Shown piece after piece: positions 28,343 through 38,954 of a DNA stretch of 64,000 nt. The DNA lies in NCBI GenBank assembly GCA_963822445.1, contig CAWGHO010000001.1, positions 1,120,001-1,184,000 on the forward strand. The letters are read 5' to 3'. The notes below the pieces were generated by a model. The model had not been told where the DNA came from. It saw nothing but the letters and a program-made list of their open reading frames with translations, and made no database searches. Within the stretch, counting starts at the first letter, position 1, and each line of letters begins with the position of its first letter. This stretch comes from an uncultured Acidobacteriota bacterium (GTDB taxonomy: Bacteria; Acidobacteriota; Thermoanaerobaculia; Gp7-AA8). The position numbers were made by a program, and so were the translations under genes.

Positions 28343-29752
28343 ATGTCCGACCTCCGCCTCTTCAACACCCTGTCGCGCGAGAAGGAGACCTTCATTCCCC
28401 TCCGCCCCGGCGAGGTGCGGATGTATTCGTGCGGTCCGACGGTCTACAACGACCCTCACATCGGCAATCTGCGCACGTTCCTCTGGAGCGATCTGCTGCG
28501 CCGCTACCTCGAGTATCGCGGGCTGAAGGTCACCCACGTCATGAACATCACCGACGTCGAGGACAAGATCATCCGCAACGCCAACGCGGCGGGCACGGAC
28601 ATCCGCACCTACGTCGCGCCGTACATCGACTCCTTCCACGCCTCGCTGAAGAAGCTGCGCGTCCGGCCGGCCCACAGCTACCCGCACGCGACGGAATACA
28701 TCCCGCAGATGGTCGAACTGGTGAAAACGCTCACCGCCCGCGGCCATACCTATGTGGCCGAGGGGTCGACGTACTTCAAAGTTTCCACGCTGCCGGGATA
28801 CGGAAAGCTGGCCCGCATCGAGATCGACACGACCAGCGAGTACAGCCGCATCGAGTCAGACGAATACGAGAAAGAATCCGCGCGCGACTTCGTGCTCTGG
28901 AAGTCGAAGAAGGACAACGAGCCGGGCTGGCCGACGGAGATCGGCGATGGCCGCCCGGGATGGCACCTCGAGTGCTCGGCCATGTCCATGGACCTCCTCG
29001 GCGAAACATTCGACATCCACACCGGCGCGGTCGACCTGATCTTCCCGCACCACGAGAACGAGATCGCCCAGAGCGAAGGCGCGACCGGCAAACCGTTCGT
29101 CAAGTTCTGGGTGCACGGCGAGCACCTCAACATCGACGCGCAGAAGATGTCGAAGTCCCTGGGCAACATCTACACGATCCGCGAGATCGAGGAGATGGGC
29201 TACGACCCGCTGGCGCTGCGTTACGCGCTGATGTCCGTGCCGTATCGCACGAAGCTGAACTTCACGAATCAGTCCCTCGACGACGCGAAAAACGCCGTCG
29301 CGCGCATCGAGTCCTTCCTCCTCCGCCTCGGCGACGTCGCGCACTCCGGTCCGAAAGACGCCGCGCACGCGAACGAGGAAGGCGACGCGCTGATCGGCAG
29401 ATTCCTCGGCGAGTTTCAGGAAGCCATGGACGACGATCTGAACACCGCCGGCGCCCTCGGCGCGCTCTTTACCTTGATCCGCGACGTGAACACCGCCATC
29501 GACGCGGGACGGCTGACGTCCGGCGACGCCGAAGGCATCCGCTCGGCGCTGATGAAGGTCGATCCGGTCCTGGACATTTTCCCGAGCATGGAACAGAGCA
29601 TCGACGCCGACATCGAGCGATTGATCGATGCCCGCAACGCCGCGCGGAAATCGCGCAACTTCGCGGAATCCGATCGCCTTCGCGACGAGCTGATCGCAAA
29701 GGGCATCCTGCTCGAGGACACGCCGTCCGGCACGCGGTGGCGCCGCGCATGA
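28343..29752 (+). CDS. cysS: Cysteine--tRNA ligase
   Basis: YSCGPTVY, HIGN, NITDVEDKII, GRPGWHLECS, DLIFPHHENE, KMSKS. Confidence 0.98.
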   Translation: MSDLRLFNTLSREKETFIPLRPGEVRMYSCGPTVYNDPHIGNLRTFLWSDLLRRYLEYRGLKVTHVMNITDVEDKIIRNANAAGTDIRTYVAPYIDSFHASLKKLRVRPAHSYPHATEYIPQMVELVKTLTARGHTYVAEGSTYFKVSTLPGYGKLARIEIDTTSEYSRIESDEYEKESARDFVLWKSKKDNEPGWPTEIGDGRPGWHLECSAMSMDLLGETFDIHTGAVDLIFPHHENEIAQSEGATGKPFVKFWVHGEHLNIDAQKMSKSLGNIYTIREIEEMGYDPLALRYALMSVPYRTKLNFTNQSLDDAKNAVARIESFLLRLGDVAHSGPKDAAHANEEGDALIGRFLGEFQEAMDDDLNTAGALGALFTLIRDVNTAIDAGRLTSGDAEGIRSALMKVDPVLDIFPSMEQSIDADIERLIDARNAARKSRNFAESDRLRDELIAKGILLEDTPSGTRWRRA

Positions 29753-30336
29753 TCGGCTACCTCTCCGGCCAGATCCGCCAGCTCGACGCCACGCGCGCGC
29801 TCGTCGTCGCGGCCGGCGTCGGCTACGAAGTGCACATCTCCCTGCAGACCTACTACCGCCTCGAAGGAAAGCGCGATGCGGAGCTGGACATCTACACGCA
29901 CGTCCGCGAAGACACGCTCTCGCTCTACGGCTTCGCATCGACGGATGAAAAGTACGCGTTCGAAAAGCTGATCTCCATCTCCGGCATTGGGCCGACGCTC
30001 GCGCAGAAAATCCTGTCGGGCATCGACGCCGCGGATCTCGCCGATGCCGTTGCCCGCGCGGACGCTCGTAAGCTGTCGTCGATCCCCGGCGTCGGCAAGA
30101 AGACCGCCGAGCGCATCTGCCTCGAGTTGCGCGACAAGCTCACCGCGCCGGTGACGGCAACACCGGCCGCGCCGACGCGTCTCTCCGTCGACGACGACGT
30201 GCAGTCCGCCTTGGTCAACCTCGGCTACCGGCCGAAGGACGCGGAAATCGCGCTGGAGAAAGCGCGGCAGGAACTGGGTGGTGAGGCGGAATTCTCGGCC
30301 CTACTGAAACGGGCGCTTCGGCATCTAACGAAGTAG
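29749..30336 (+). CDS. ruvA: Holliday junction branch migration protein RuvA
   Basis: MIGYLSG, GVGYEV, VREDTLSLYGF, ISGIGP, IPGVGKKTAERICLELRDK, ALVNLGY. Confidence 0.97.
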   Translation: MIGYLSGQIRQLDATRALVVAAGVGYEVHISLQTYYRLEGKRDAELDIYTHVREDTLSLYGFASTDEKYAFEKLISISGIGPTLAQKILSGIDAADLADAVARADARKLSSIPGVGKKTAERICLELRDKLTAPVTATPAAPTRLSVDDDVQSALVNLGYRPKDAEIALEKARQELGGEAEFSALLKRALRHLTK

Positions 30337-30777
30337 CTACTCGCCGATATCTTCATTCCAGAGCTGCGGATGCTCGCGGATGAACGTGGTCATCAACTCC
30401 ACGCACTCGGCGTTGTCGACGACTTCCACGCTCACGCCGCGCGATCGCAACAATTCCTCTTCCCCCATGAACGTGCGGTTCTCGCCGACGATCACCCGCG
30501 GGATCCCGTAAAGCAGAATCGCGCCGCTGCACATCGAGCATGGAGAGAGCGTCGTGTAGATCACGCTCTCGCGATACACCTTCGCAGGATGGCGCCCGGC
30601 ATTTTCCAGCGCGTCCATCTCGCCGTGCAGCGTGGCGCTTCCTTTCTGCACGCGGCGGTTGTGGCCGCGGCCGATGATCTTTCCGTCATGGACGATCACC
30701 GACCCGATGGGAATCCCTCCCTCATCGCGGCCACGGCGCGCCTCTTCGATAGCGGCTTGCAGAAAAGGATCGGCCAT
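30337..30777 (-). CDS. Cytosine/nucleoside deaminase (Fcy1-like CDA fold)
   Basis: EGGIPIGSV, HGE, PCSMC, WNEDIGE. Confidence 0.92.
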   Translation of the reverse strand: MADPFLQAAIEEARRGRDEGGIPIGSVIVHDGKIIGRGHNRRVQKGSATLHGEMDALENAGRHPAKVYRESVIYTTLSPCSMCSGAILLYGIPRVIVGENRTFMGEEELLRSRGVSVEVVDNAECVELMTTFIREHPQLWNEDIGE

Positions 30778-30782
30778 CCTCG

Positions 30783-31178
30783 TCAGCGCTTCTTCCGCAG
30801 CGCGTCCACGCTCCAGATCCCTGGTCCCACCGCGGCGATGTACAGGAAGAGGAAGCAGTACAGGACTGCCGTCTCGCCCTCGTTCACGGTCGGCCAGAAG
30901 TCTCTCGGCGCGTGCGCTTTGAAGTAGGCGACGGCCATCTGGCCGCTGGCGATGAAGGCCGCGAGACTTCCGAAGAGGCCGATGGCGATCAGGATGCCGG
31001 CCACGATCTCGATCCATCCCGCGGCCACCATCAGCGGCGGAAGTCCGCCGCCGCCACCACCGCCCTTCCCCGGCCAGCCGAAGATTTTCTGCGTTCCGTG
31101 CAGGGCCCACATCAAGCCGGAGACGATGCGAAGGATGGCGAAGATCTGCGAGGAGAAGCGTCCCAGAAAGCGTTCCAT
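30783..31178 (-). CDS. DoxX family membrane protein
   Basis: LRIVSG..HGTQKIFGWP, ASGQMAVAYF, NEGETAVLYCF, GPGIWSVD. Confidence 0.92.
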   Translation of the reverse strand: MERFLGRFSSQIFAILRIVSGLMWALHGTQKIFGWPGKGGGGGGGLPPLMVAAGWIEIVAGILIAIGLFGSLAAFIASGQMAVAYFKAHAPRDFWPTVNEGETAVLYCFLFLYIAAVGPGIWSVDALRKKR

Positions 31179-31249
31179 GGCTGACCTCGCATACAAGTTC
31201 CGGTCCCGGCTGAAAGATGGTGCAGGGATTGAAATGCCGAATAACAAAG

Positions 31250-32173
31250 ATGCGCTCCGCTCGACTCATTCTTGTCTTCGCGCTCCTGGCGACGGTCACC
31301 ACGGCCCAGGCCGCGGACCGCACGACCACGTCTTTGCTGGCGAAGACCTGGCCCGCCGCCCCGTTCGCCGACCTGGCTGAGCTCGGCGCGGGTCTGGGCA
31401 TCGTCTTCTCCCCCGACCTCAGCGTCCCCAACAACTGCCGCTTCTACGAGACCCTCGGCTTTGCCTGTTTCGACAGCGCCGACTGGCTCGACGTCCTCAG
31501 CCGCATCCACGAGCACAACACCACCAACCCCGGCCGCCGCATCCGCACGCTCGTCCTCGAGACCCACGGCACCAACGGCCATGGGCTGAAACTGCAGAAA
31601 GGCAAGGACCCGAAAGACGATCGCTCGTACATCTCCGTCGGCGCGCTCCAGGAGATGCTCGAGCCGGTCGGCGTGCGCTACATCGTCATCAGCGCGTGCA
31701 ACTCAGGACGGCTGCTGCGTCCCGAGATCTATCGCCGCCTCAATCGCGATCCCGGCGACAAGCTGTTCCTCCCGGCCACACGGGGCATCATCGACGCGAC
31801 GGAAGACTTCAACCCCAAGCGCACGCACGTGCAGATCATTACGCCCCAGACCAGCCACATCGAGACGACGCTGGTCGGTGCGCTTCGCGAGCTCGCTCCG
31901 GCGACGCGCGACATGCTCACCGACGCTGCAAAGACGCGCGATCTGACCCTGCCGAAACAGTTCGCGATCTCGGAGATGCTCATCCAGATGCTGCTCCGCG
32001 ATCCCGAGCTTCGCCTGCGTGTGGGCGAGGCGCACGTCGAAGAACTGTCGAAAGAACAGACCAGCGTGGAAGCCAGCGAAAAGCTGTTCGATGCCTTCCT
32101 GGCCCGCTTGAACTTCATCGCCGCGCGGGGCGTCAAGACACCGGCCGCCGCGACCGCCGCCGCTTCCCGTTAG
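31250..32173 (+). CDS. Secreted hypothetical protein with a caspase/CHAT-like His-Cys dyad
   Basis: Signal peptide MRSARLILVFALLATVTTAQA; LVLETHG and YIVISACNSG motifs. Confidence 0.6.
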   Translation: MRSARLILVFALLATVTTAQAADRTTTSLLAKTWPAAPFADLAELGAGLGIVFSPDLSVPNNCRFYETLGFACFDSADWLDVLSRIHEHNTTNPGRRIRTLVLETHGTNGHGLKLQKGKDPKDDRSYISVGALQEMLEPVGVRYIVISACNSGRLLRPEIYRRLNRDPGDKLFLPATRGIIDATEDFNPKRTHVQIITPQTSHIETTLVGALRELAPATRDMLTDAAKTRDLTLPKQFAISEMLIQMLLRDPELRLRVGEAHVEELSKEQTSVEASEKLFDAFLARLNFIAARGVKTPAAATAAASR

Positions 32174-32184
32174 GACGTCACCCC

Positions 32185-32213
32185 TTGACGGACATGCTGT
32201 AACAGCATAACTT
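32185..32213 (+). promoter_or_regulatory. Sigma70-type promoter with palindromic operator ATGCTG-TAA-CAGCAT (copy 1)
   Basis: TTGACG-N17-TAACTT; operator at 32194-32208; ATG 7 nt after the -10 box. Confidence 0.75.
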
Positions 32214-32220
32214 ACCGTTC

Positions 32221-33615
32221 ATGCAGAACGGAACGGCGCGAGTTGCATGCCTTTACGGCATATTGATTCTCTTCGCCCTCGAGTCCCACGCGGCCGGCCC
32301 TTTCCGCATCGGCGGCCCGGCCACCATCGATAACGACGCCAGCTGCGACATCTCCCTCCTTCCCGCTGCCACGCTGCTCCTCCCCTACTTCGAGGTCGAC
32401 ATCAACTCCTGGGCCGGAACCGGCGAGAACACCATCTTCACGATCACCAACACCGGCCAGCTCCCGCAGGTCGCGCGCGTCACGCTCTGGACCGATCTCT
32501 CCTATCCGGTCATCTCCTTCAACATCTACCTGACCGGATACGACGTACAGAGCATCAACCTCTACGACGTCATCGCTCGCGGTGAGATCGCTCCCGACGA
32601 CGGCACCGGCGCTGATGTGTCGCCGGTCGGCGAGCTGTCCGGCACCAGTGCCACAAAGGAATTCAACAATCCGCTCGTCGATGAGCTGACCTGCACCGAT
32701 TTGGTGGTGCAGATGGCCCCGCCGTACGTCACGCGCATGAAAAGCGCCTTCACCACCGGCAAGGTGCTGACCGCCGGCGAGCTCGGGGCCTGCGCTCAAG
32801 GCGGTTCGGCCCATTCGAACGCGGTCGGATACGCAACCGTCGACGTCGTCGGCCGGTGCGGCATCACGATGCCGAACGATCCCGTGTACTTCGCGAACGA
32901 CATCCGTTTCGACAACGTGCTCATGGGCGACTTCCACCAGATCAACGGCAACGAAGACTTCGCCCAGGGCGGGACGATGGTGCACATCCGAGCCATCCCC
33001 GAGGGGGGGACGCCGCAGACGCGGGATGACGATCGAGACTTCGAAGTGCACGTCCCCCGGACGTTCTACAGCGCCTATCAGGATCCCGCCCGGCCCACGC
33101 TCGATGCGCGACAACCCCTGCCGTCGCTGTTCGCGGCCCGGTGGATCAGCGGCGGTCCGAGCGGTTTCGAGACCGATTACAAGATCTGGCGCGAGGTCGG
33201 CCGCGAGCCCGACTCCTGCCGCGCGCATGCGTCCAACACCCAGGAGTTCCGGGAAATCGTCCGCTTCGATGAAGAGGAGAATGCCGAGGTCTTTCGATAC
33301 GAGTGCGTCGTGACGTGTCCGGCGTACGTGAGCAGCCTTCCGGCGACGTCGCGGGTCAGTGTCGCGCATGACTCCGACCTGCCCCAGAGCTCCCAGGGCG
33401 TCGTCAGCGGCTGGATGTACCTGAACCTCGACGATCGCGTGCGCGACGACATCGCCAGACAGGCCTGGGTGGTCGTCTCCATGCGCGCCGATGACCGCTT
33501 CTCCACCGACTTCGACGCCCTGGCCCTCGGCAACGGCTGCACGGCCCCTCTCGGGACGAGCGAAGCGAATCACGGCGACTTTCACATCGGTCCGGCGCGC
33601 AACAAGAGGAACTGA
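32221..33615 (+). CDS. Secreted array protein P1 (unknown 'PAATLLLPYFEVD' family)
   Basis: Signal peptide; family motifs SCDI.LLPAATLLLPYFEVD, RVTLWTD, GYATVDVV, HIRAIPEGG, FDEEEN, GWMYLNL, LGNGC. Confidence 0.9.
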   Translation: MQNGTARVACLYGILILFALESHAAGPFRIGGPATIDNDASCDISLLPAATLLLPYFEVDINSWAGTGENTIFTITNTGQLPQVARVTLWTDLSYPVISFNIYLTGYDVQSINLYDVIARGEIAPDDGTGADVSPVGELSGTSATKEFNNPLVDELTCTDLVVQMAPPYVTRMKSAFTTGKVLTAGELGACAQGGSAHSNAVGYATVDVVGRCGITMPNDPVYFANDIRFDNVLMGDFHQINGNEDFAQGGTMVHIRAIPEGGTPQTRDDDRDFEVHVPRTFYSAYQDPARPTLDARQPLPSLFAARWISGGPSGFETDYKIWREVGREPDSCRAHASNTQEFREIVRFDEEENAEVFRYECVVTCPAYVSSLPATSRVSVAHDSDLPQSSQGVVSGWMYLNLDDRVRDDIARQAWVVVSMRADDRFSTDFDALALGNGCTAPLGTSEANHGDFHIGPARNKRN

Positions 33616-34967
33616 TGCGCCGCGCGCTGGCAGCGATCGTCCTCTTCACCTCGATCGGTGCCGCGGCATCGACGATCGACAACGACGACAGTTGCGACAT
33701 CTCCCTGCTTCCCGCGGCGACGCTCCTTCTCCCCTATTTCGAGGTGGACATCGAGCCTGCCTACGGCACTACAGACACCACCATCTTCACGGTCACCAAC
33801 GTCAGCCAGTTTCCGCAGATCGCGCGGGTGACGCTCTGGACCGATCTCGCTTATCCCGTCTTCACGTTCAACCTTTATCTGACGGGTTACGACGTGCAGA
33901 GCATCAACCTCTTCGACGTCATCGCCCACGGCAAGGTCGCGCCCGACGACGGCACCGGCGTTGATGTCTCGCCGATCGGCCGGCTCTCCCGCGCAAACGC
34001 GAACCATCCCGCCTACGACAATCCGATCATCGACGAGCAATCGTGTGCCGGCCTGCCCGTCGAGTTGAACGCGGCCATGGTCGCGCGGATGCGGAGCGCG
34101 TTCACGACCGGCAGGGCCTCGGGCGCGAACGCGATGGCCGCGTGCAACACCGCGGGTGAAGTCCACATCAACGCCGCCGGCTACGTGACCATCGACGTGG
34201 TCGGACGCTGCGGCAGCACGATGCCCAACGACCCGGCCTACTACGCCGGCGACATCCGCTTCGACAACGTGTTGATCGGCGATTACCACCAGATCAGGAG
34301 TAGAGAGGATTTCGCCCAGGGCGGGACGATGGTGCACATCCGGGCCATCCCGGAGGGGGGAACGCCTGAGACGCGGGCCGGCGATTCGGACTATCGGGTG
34401 AATCTGCCGCGGACCTTCTACAGCGCGTACCAGGATCCGGCGCGGCCGCTCTTCGACGCTCGCCAGCCGCTTCCCTCGCTTTTCGCTGCGCGCTGGATTG
34501 AAGGGTTCGTCGGCGGTTTCGAGACTTTCTACAAGGTCTGGCGTGAGTCGCGGAACCCGGCCGCATGCCGCGATTACAACATCAACCGCCAGGAGGTGCG
34601 AGACCCGGTCCGCTTCGACGAGGAAGAAAACCCGGAGGCCTACGAGCACTTCTGCTTAGTCCCATGTTTACCGCCCATCTCGCGGATGTCCTCGAGCTCG
34701 CTCATCGGAACTGACCGCGACGACCATCTGCCGGCCAACGCGCAGGGCGCCGTCGCCGGCTGGATGTACCTGAACCTCGACGATCGTCAGAACGACGACG
34801 TCGCCAGGCAGGCCTGGGTGGTCGTCTCCATGCGCGCCGAGGATCGCTTTTCCACCGATTTCGATGCGCTCGCTCTCGGCAACGGCTGCTCTGCCCCGGT
34901 AGGAAGGAGCGAAGCGAATCCCTACGGCACCGTTTCCATCGGCCCCGCGCCGAACAAGAGGAAGTGA
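33615..34967 (+). CDS. Secreted array protein P2
   Basis: TGATG overlap; same motifs as P1. Confidence 0.9.
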   Translation: MRRALAAIVLFTSIGAAASTIDNDDSCDISLLPAATLLLPYFEVDIEPAYGTTDTTIFTVTNVSQFPQIARVTLWTDLAYPVFTFNLYLTGYDVQSINLFDVIAHGKVAPDDGTGVDVSPIGRLSRANANHPAYDNPIIDEQSCAGLPVELNAAMVARMRSAFTTGRASGANAMAACNTAGEVHINAAGYVTIDVVGRCGSTMPNDPAYYAGDIRFDNVLIGDYHQIRSREDFAQGGTMVHIRAIPEGGTPETRAGDSDYRVNLPRTFYSAYQDPARPLFDARQPLPSLFAARWIEGFVGGFETFYKVWRESRNPAACRDYNINRQEVRDPVRFDEEENPEAYEHFCLVPCLPPISRMSSSSLIGTDRDDHLPANAQGAVAGWMYLNLDDRQNDDVARQAWVVVSMRAEDRFSTDFDALALGNGCSAPVGRSEANPYGTVSIGPAPNKRK

Positions 34968-36346
34968 TGCACCACAAATCGACGATCGTCGCCCTGCTCC
35001 TGTTCGCGTTCGCGCGCATCGCCTTCGCCGACGGTCCGTTCCGCGTCGGTGGTCCGGCCACCATCGACAACGACGCCAGCTGCGACATCTCCCTGCTCCC
35101 GGCGGCCACACTGCTCCTGCCGTATTTCGAAGTCGACCTCAACTCGCGTGCCGAGAGAGCTGAGACCACGATCTTCACCATCACCAATACCAGCCAGGTC
35201 CCGCAGATCGCGCGGGTCACGCTGTGGACGGATCTCGCCTATCCCGTCATCACCTTCAACATCTATCTGACCGGCTATGACGTGCAGAGCATCAATCTCT
35301 ACGACGTCATCCGCCGTGGCGAAGTCGCGCCGGATGACGGCACGGGTTTCGACCGCTCGCCGGTGGGAGAGTTGTCAGGAACGACTCCGACCACTGACTT
35401 TGACAACCCGCTCATCGACGAGCAAACCTGTGTGAATCTGCCGGTCAAGCTGCCGGCCGCTCTCACGACGCGGATGCAGAGCGCCTTCACTACCGGCCGG
35501 GTGACCGGCGCCGACGGTTTGTCCGCGTGCGCGACCGCCGGCGGAACGCATCCGACCGCCGTCGGCTACGCGACGATCGACGTCGTCGGCCGGTGCGACA
35601 GCACCATGCCCAGCAGTCTCGCCTACTTCGCCAGCGACATCCGCTACGAAAACGTGCTGATGGGCGATTACCACCAGATCAACGGCGACGAGGACTTCGC
35701 CCAGGGCGGCACGATGGTCCACATCCGGGCGATTCCGGAGGGCGGCACGCCGCAGACGCGCGACGAGGCACCCGAGTTTCGAGTGAACCTGCCGCGTACG
35801 TTCTACGGCCGGTATCAGCATCCCGACCGGCCCAAACTCGACGCGCGACAGCCGCTGCCGTCGCTCTTCGCGGCACGGTGGATCGAAGGCGGCGCGGGTG
35901 GCTTCGAGACCTTCTACAAGGTCTGGCGGGAGTCGCGGAACCCGGCCGCATGCGGCAACTACAAAGCAAACGACCAGGTCGTGCGGGATGGCGTCCGCTT
36001 CGACGAGGAAGAAAACCCAATGACTTATGACCGCTATTGCTACATCACGTGTCCTTGGTGGGTCCCGCGGATGCCATCCGCGTCGCTGGTCGACGTATCC
36101 CGGGACGACGATCTGCCTACGAACACACAGGGCGCCGTCGCCGGCTGGATGTACCTCAACCTCGATGGTGAGGACGACGAGATCGCCGGACAGGCCTGGG
36201 TGGTCGTCTCCATGCGCTCCGAGGATCGCTTCTCCACGGACTTCGATGCGCTCGCTCTCGGGAACGGTTGCTCCGCGCCGGCGGGCCTGAGCGAAGCGGA
36301 CTACGGCGACTTTCCCATCGGCCCGGCGCCGAACAGGAGGAAGTGA
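34967..36346 (+). CDS. Secreted array protein P3
   Basis: TGATG overlap; same motifs; N-terminal two-thirds nearly identical to P4. Confidence 0.9.
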   Translation: MHHKSTIVALLLFAFARIAFADGPFRVGGPATIDNDASCDISLLPAATLLLPYFEVDLNSRAERAETTIFTITNTSQVPQIARVTLWTDLAYPVITFNIYLTGYDVQSINLYDVIRRGEVAPDDGTGFDRSPVGELSGTTPTTDFDNPLIDEQTCVNLPVKLPAALTTRMQSAFTTGRVTGADGLSACATAGGTHPTAVGYATIDVVGRCDSTMPSSLAYFASDIRYENVLMGDYHQINGDEDFAQGGTMVHIRAIPEGGTPQTRDEAPEFRVNLPRTFYGRYQHPDRPKLDARQPLPSLFAARWIEGGAGGFETFYKVWRESRNPAACGNYKANDQVVRDGVRFDEEENPMTYDRYCYITCPWWVPRMPSASLVDVSRDDDLPTNTQGAVAGWMYLNLDGEDDEIAGQAWVVVSMRSEDRFSTDFDALALGNGCSAPAGLSEADYGDFPIGPAPNRRK

Positions 36347-37731
36347 TGCACCACAAATCGACGATCGTCGCCCTGCTCCTGTTCGCGTTCGCGCGCATCG
36401 CCTTCGCGGACGGTCCGTTCCGCGTTGGCGGTCCGGCCACCATCGATAACGACGCCAGCTGCGACATCTCCCTCCTGCCTGCGGCCACGCTCCTGCTGCC
36501 GTACTTCGAAGTCGACATCACCTCTGCCGCCGGCACGGGCGAGACCACGATCTTCACGATCACCAATGTCAGCCAGGTCCCCCAGATCGCGCGGGTCACG
36601 CTGTGGACCGATCTCGCCTATCCGGTCTTCACCTTCAACATCTACCTGACCGGCTATGACGTGCAGAGCATCAATCTCTACGACGTCATCCGCCGTGGCG
36701 AAGTCGCGCCGGATGACGGCACCGGTTTCGACCGCTCGCCGGTGGGAGAGTTGTCCGGAACGACAGCGACCACGGACTTCGACAACCCGCTCATCGACGA
36801 GGGAACCTGTGTGAATCTGCCGGTCAAACTGCCGGCCGCTCTCACAACCCGGATGCAGAGCGCCTTCACCACCGGCCGCGTGACGGGCGTCGACGGTTTG
36901 TCCGCGTGCTCGACCGCCGGCGGAACGCATCACAACGCCGTTGGTTACGCGACGATCGACGTCGTCGGCCGGTGCGACAGCACCATGCCCAGCAGCCTCG
37001 CCTACTTCGCCAGCGACATCCGCTACGAGAACGTGCTCATGGGCGATTACCACCAGATCAACGGCGACGAGGACTTCGCCCAGGGCGGCACGATGGTCCA
37101 CATCCGCGCCATTCCGGAGGGGGGCACGCCGCAGACACGCGATGACGAACCGGCGTACCGGGTCAACCTGCCGCGCACGTTTTACGGGGCGTATCAGCAT
37201 CCCGACCGCCCCACGCTCGACGCGCGTCAGCCGCTGCCGTCTCTTTTCGCAGCCCGCTGGGTCAGCGGCGGCGCCTCGGGATTCGAGACCTACTTCAAGA
37301 TCTGGCGCGAGGGACGCGGCAGACTCGAGTCCTGTGCGGCTTACAAGACGAACGCGTTCGCCGCCCAGGATTCAGTGCGGTTTGACGAGGAGGAGAATCC
37401 AGAGGCGTCGAATAACTACTGCTTTCCGCCGTACTACTGCTTTGTCCCGCTATTCAATCCGACTTCGCTCATCGATAGCGAGAGCGACGACTTCCCGCCG
37501 AATACCCAGGGCGCCATCGGCGGCTGGATGTATCTGAACCTCGACGATCATCAAGTCGACGGCGACGCCCGCCAGGCCTGGGTGGTCATCTCCATGCGCG
37601 CCGAGGATCGCTTCTCCACCGACTTCGATGCTCTTGCTCTCGGGAACGGCTGCTCAGCGCCGGTGGGCATCAGCGAAGCGAAAGGCGGCGACCTTCCCAT
37701 CGGCCCGGCGCCGAACAAGAGGCAGCCATGA
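36346..37731 (+). CDS. Secreted array protein P4
   Basis: TGATG overlap; signal peptide identical to P3. Confidence 0.9.
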   Translation: MHHKSTIVALLLFAFARIAFADGPFRVGGPATIDNDASCDISLLPAATLLLPYFEVDITSAAGTGETTIFTITNVSQVPQIARVTLWTDLAYPVFTFNIYLTGYDVQSINLYDVIRRGEVAPDDGTGFDRSPVGELSGTTATTDFDNPLIDEGTCVNLPVKLPAALTTRMQSAFTTGRVTGVDGLSACSTAGGTHHNAVGYATIDVVGRCDSTMPSSLAYFASDIRYENVLMGDYHQINGDEDFAQGGTMVHIRAIPEGGTPQTRDDEPAYRVNLPRTFYGAYQHPDRPTLDARQPLPSLFAARWVSGGASGFETYFKIWREGRGRLESCAAYKTNAFAAQDSVRFDEEENPEASNNYCFPPYYCFVPLFNPTSLIDSESDDFPPNTQGAIGGWMYLNLDDHQVDGDARQAWVVISMRAEDRFSTDFDALALGNGCSAPVGISEAKGGDLPIGPAPNKRQP

Positions 37732-38954
37732 GAATGGCGCTCGCTGCCATGTTCCTGCTCGCGATCGGAGCCACCGCGCAGCCGGTGACGAACAACGACG
37801 CCAGTTGCGACATCTCCGTCGCCCCGGCGGCCACGTTGCTGCTGCTCCTCTTCGAGGTGAATCTCACCGCTCCCGCGGGGACCGGCGAGACGACGATCTT
37901 CACGGTCACGAACACAGGGAAATCGCCGCAGATCGCGCGGGTCACGTTGTGGACTGACCTCGCCTACCCGGTCTTCACCTTCAACATCCCGCTCGCCGGT
38001 TACGAGGCGCAGAGCATCAACCTCTTCGACGTCCTCGGTCGTGGCGAGATTCGCGGCCGCGCAGGTTCCTGCGCGAATTTCACCCCGCGGCTGGATCCAC
38101 CGGTTCGCACCCGGATGCAGCGGGCGTTCACCAGGGGCACAGTCAACGGCCTTCCGCCTTTGCCCGACTGCCCCGCCGTTGGCGCGCGGCACGCCAATGC
38201 CATCGGGTACGCGACGATCGACGTCGTCGGTGATTGCGACTCGTCGATGCCCACCGATCGTGAGTACTTCTCCAACGACATCCGCTTCGACAACGTTCTC
38301 CTCGGCGACTACCAGCAGATCAACGGCGACGAGGATTTCGCGCAGGGAACACCGATGGTGCACATCCGGGCCATTCCGGAAGTGATGGCGCCGCGCACGT
38401 TTTACGGGCTGTATCAGCACCCCGCCCGTCCGTCGTTCGACGCGCGGCAGCCACTGCCCTCTTTGTTCGCGGCGAGGTGGATCGACGGGCCGGGCGTGGA
38501 GACGCACTACAAGATCTGGCGCGAGTCTCTCGACGACTTCCTCGCATGTGCCGGCTATGCGCAAAACTTCCGGCCGGTCAGGGAAGTGGTTCGCTTCGAT
38601 GAAGACGAGAACGTCGAGACCACCGCATCGGACTATCTTTTCCTCGGCCCCTCCACCGATGTCTCCCTCCGGGCGACGTCCGTGGTCGACGCCGCGGCCC
38701 ATCACAACTTCCCCGATAACAGCGACGGAGCCGTCGGAGGGTGGATGTACTTCAACCTCGACGGCCTCAATCGGGTTACGCCCCATCCTTCCCAGGGCTG
38801 GGTGACGATCTCCATGCGCGCGCAAAACCGGTTCTCCATCGACTTTGACGCGGCGTATCTCGGCAACGGATGCAGCGCGCCGGTGGACATCAGCGAGGCC
38901 ACCGCCTGGGGAGGGCCTCCCATCGGCCCGGCGCCGAACAAGAGGCAGCATTGA
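37728..38954 (+). CDS. Secreted array protein P5
   Basis: ATGA overlap; same motifs with two internal loop deletions; close to P6. Confidence 0.9.
   Translation: MRMALAAMFLLAIGATAQPVTNNDASCDISVAPAATLLLLLFEVNLTAPAGTGETTIFTVTNTGKSPQIARVTLWTDLAYPVFTFNIPLAGYEAQSINLFDVLGRGEIRGRAGSCANFTPRLDPPVRTRMQRAFTRGTVNGLPPLPDCPAVGARHANAIGYATIDVVGDCDSSMPTDREYFSNDIRFDNVLLGDYQQINGDEDFAQGTPMVHIRAIPEVMAPRTFYGLYQHPARPSFDARQPLPSLFAARWIDGPGVETHYKIWRESLDDFLACAGYAQNFRPVREVVRFDEDENVETTASDYLFLGPSTDVSLRATSVVDAAAHHNFPDNSDGAVGGWMYFNLDGLNRVTPHPSQGWVTISMRAQNRFSIDFDAAYLGNGCSAPVDISEATAWGGPPIGPAPNKRQH

Noticed and set aside
27928-29748. 802-aa ORF apparently extending RuvA at the N-terminus
   Set aside because: The extension overlaps cysS and the BtpA gene out of frame; the real RuvA starts at ATG 29749.
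30778-31434. 365-aa ORF fusing upstream sequence to the deaminase
   Set aside because: The upstream part overlaps the DoxX gene in another frame; the deaminase begins at 30777.
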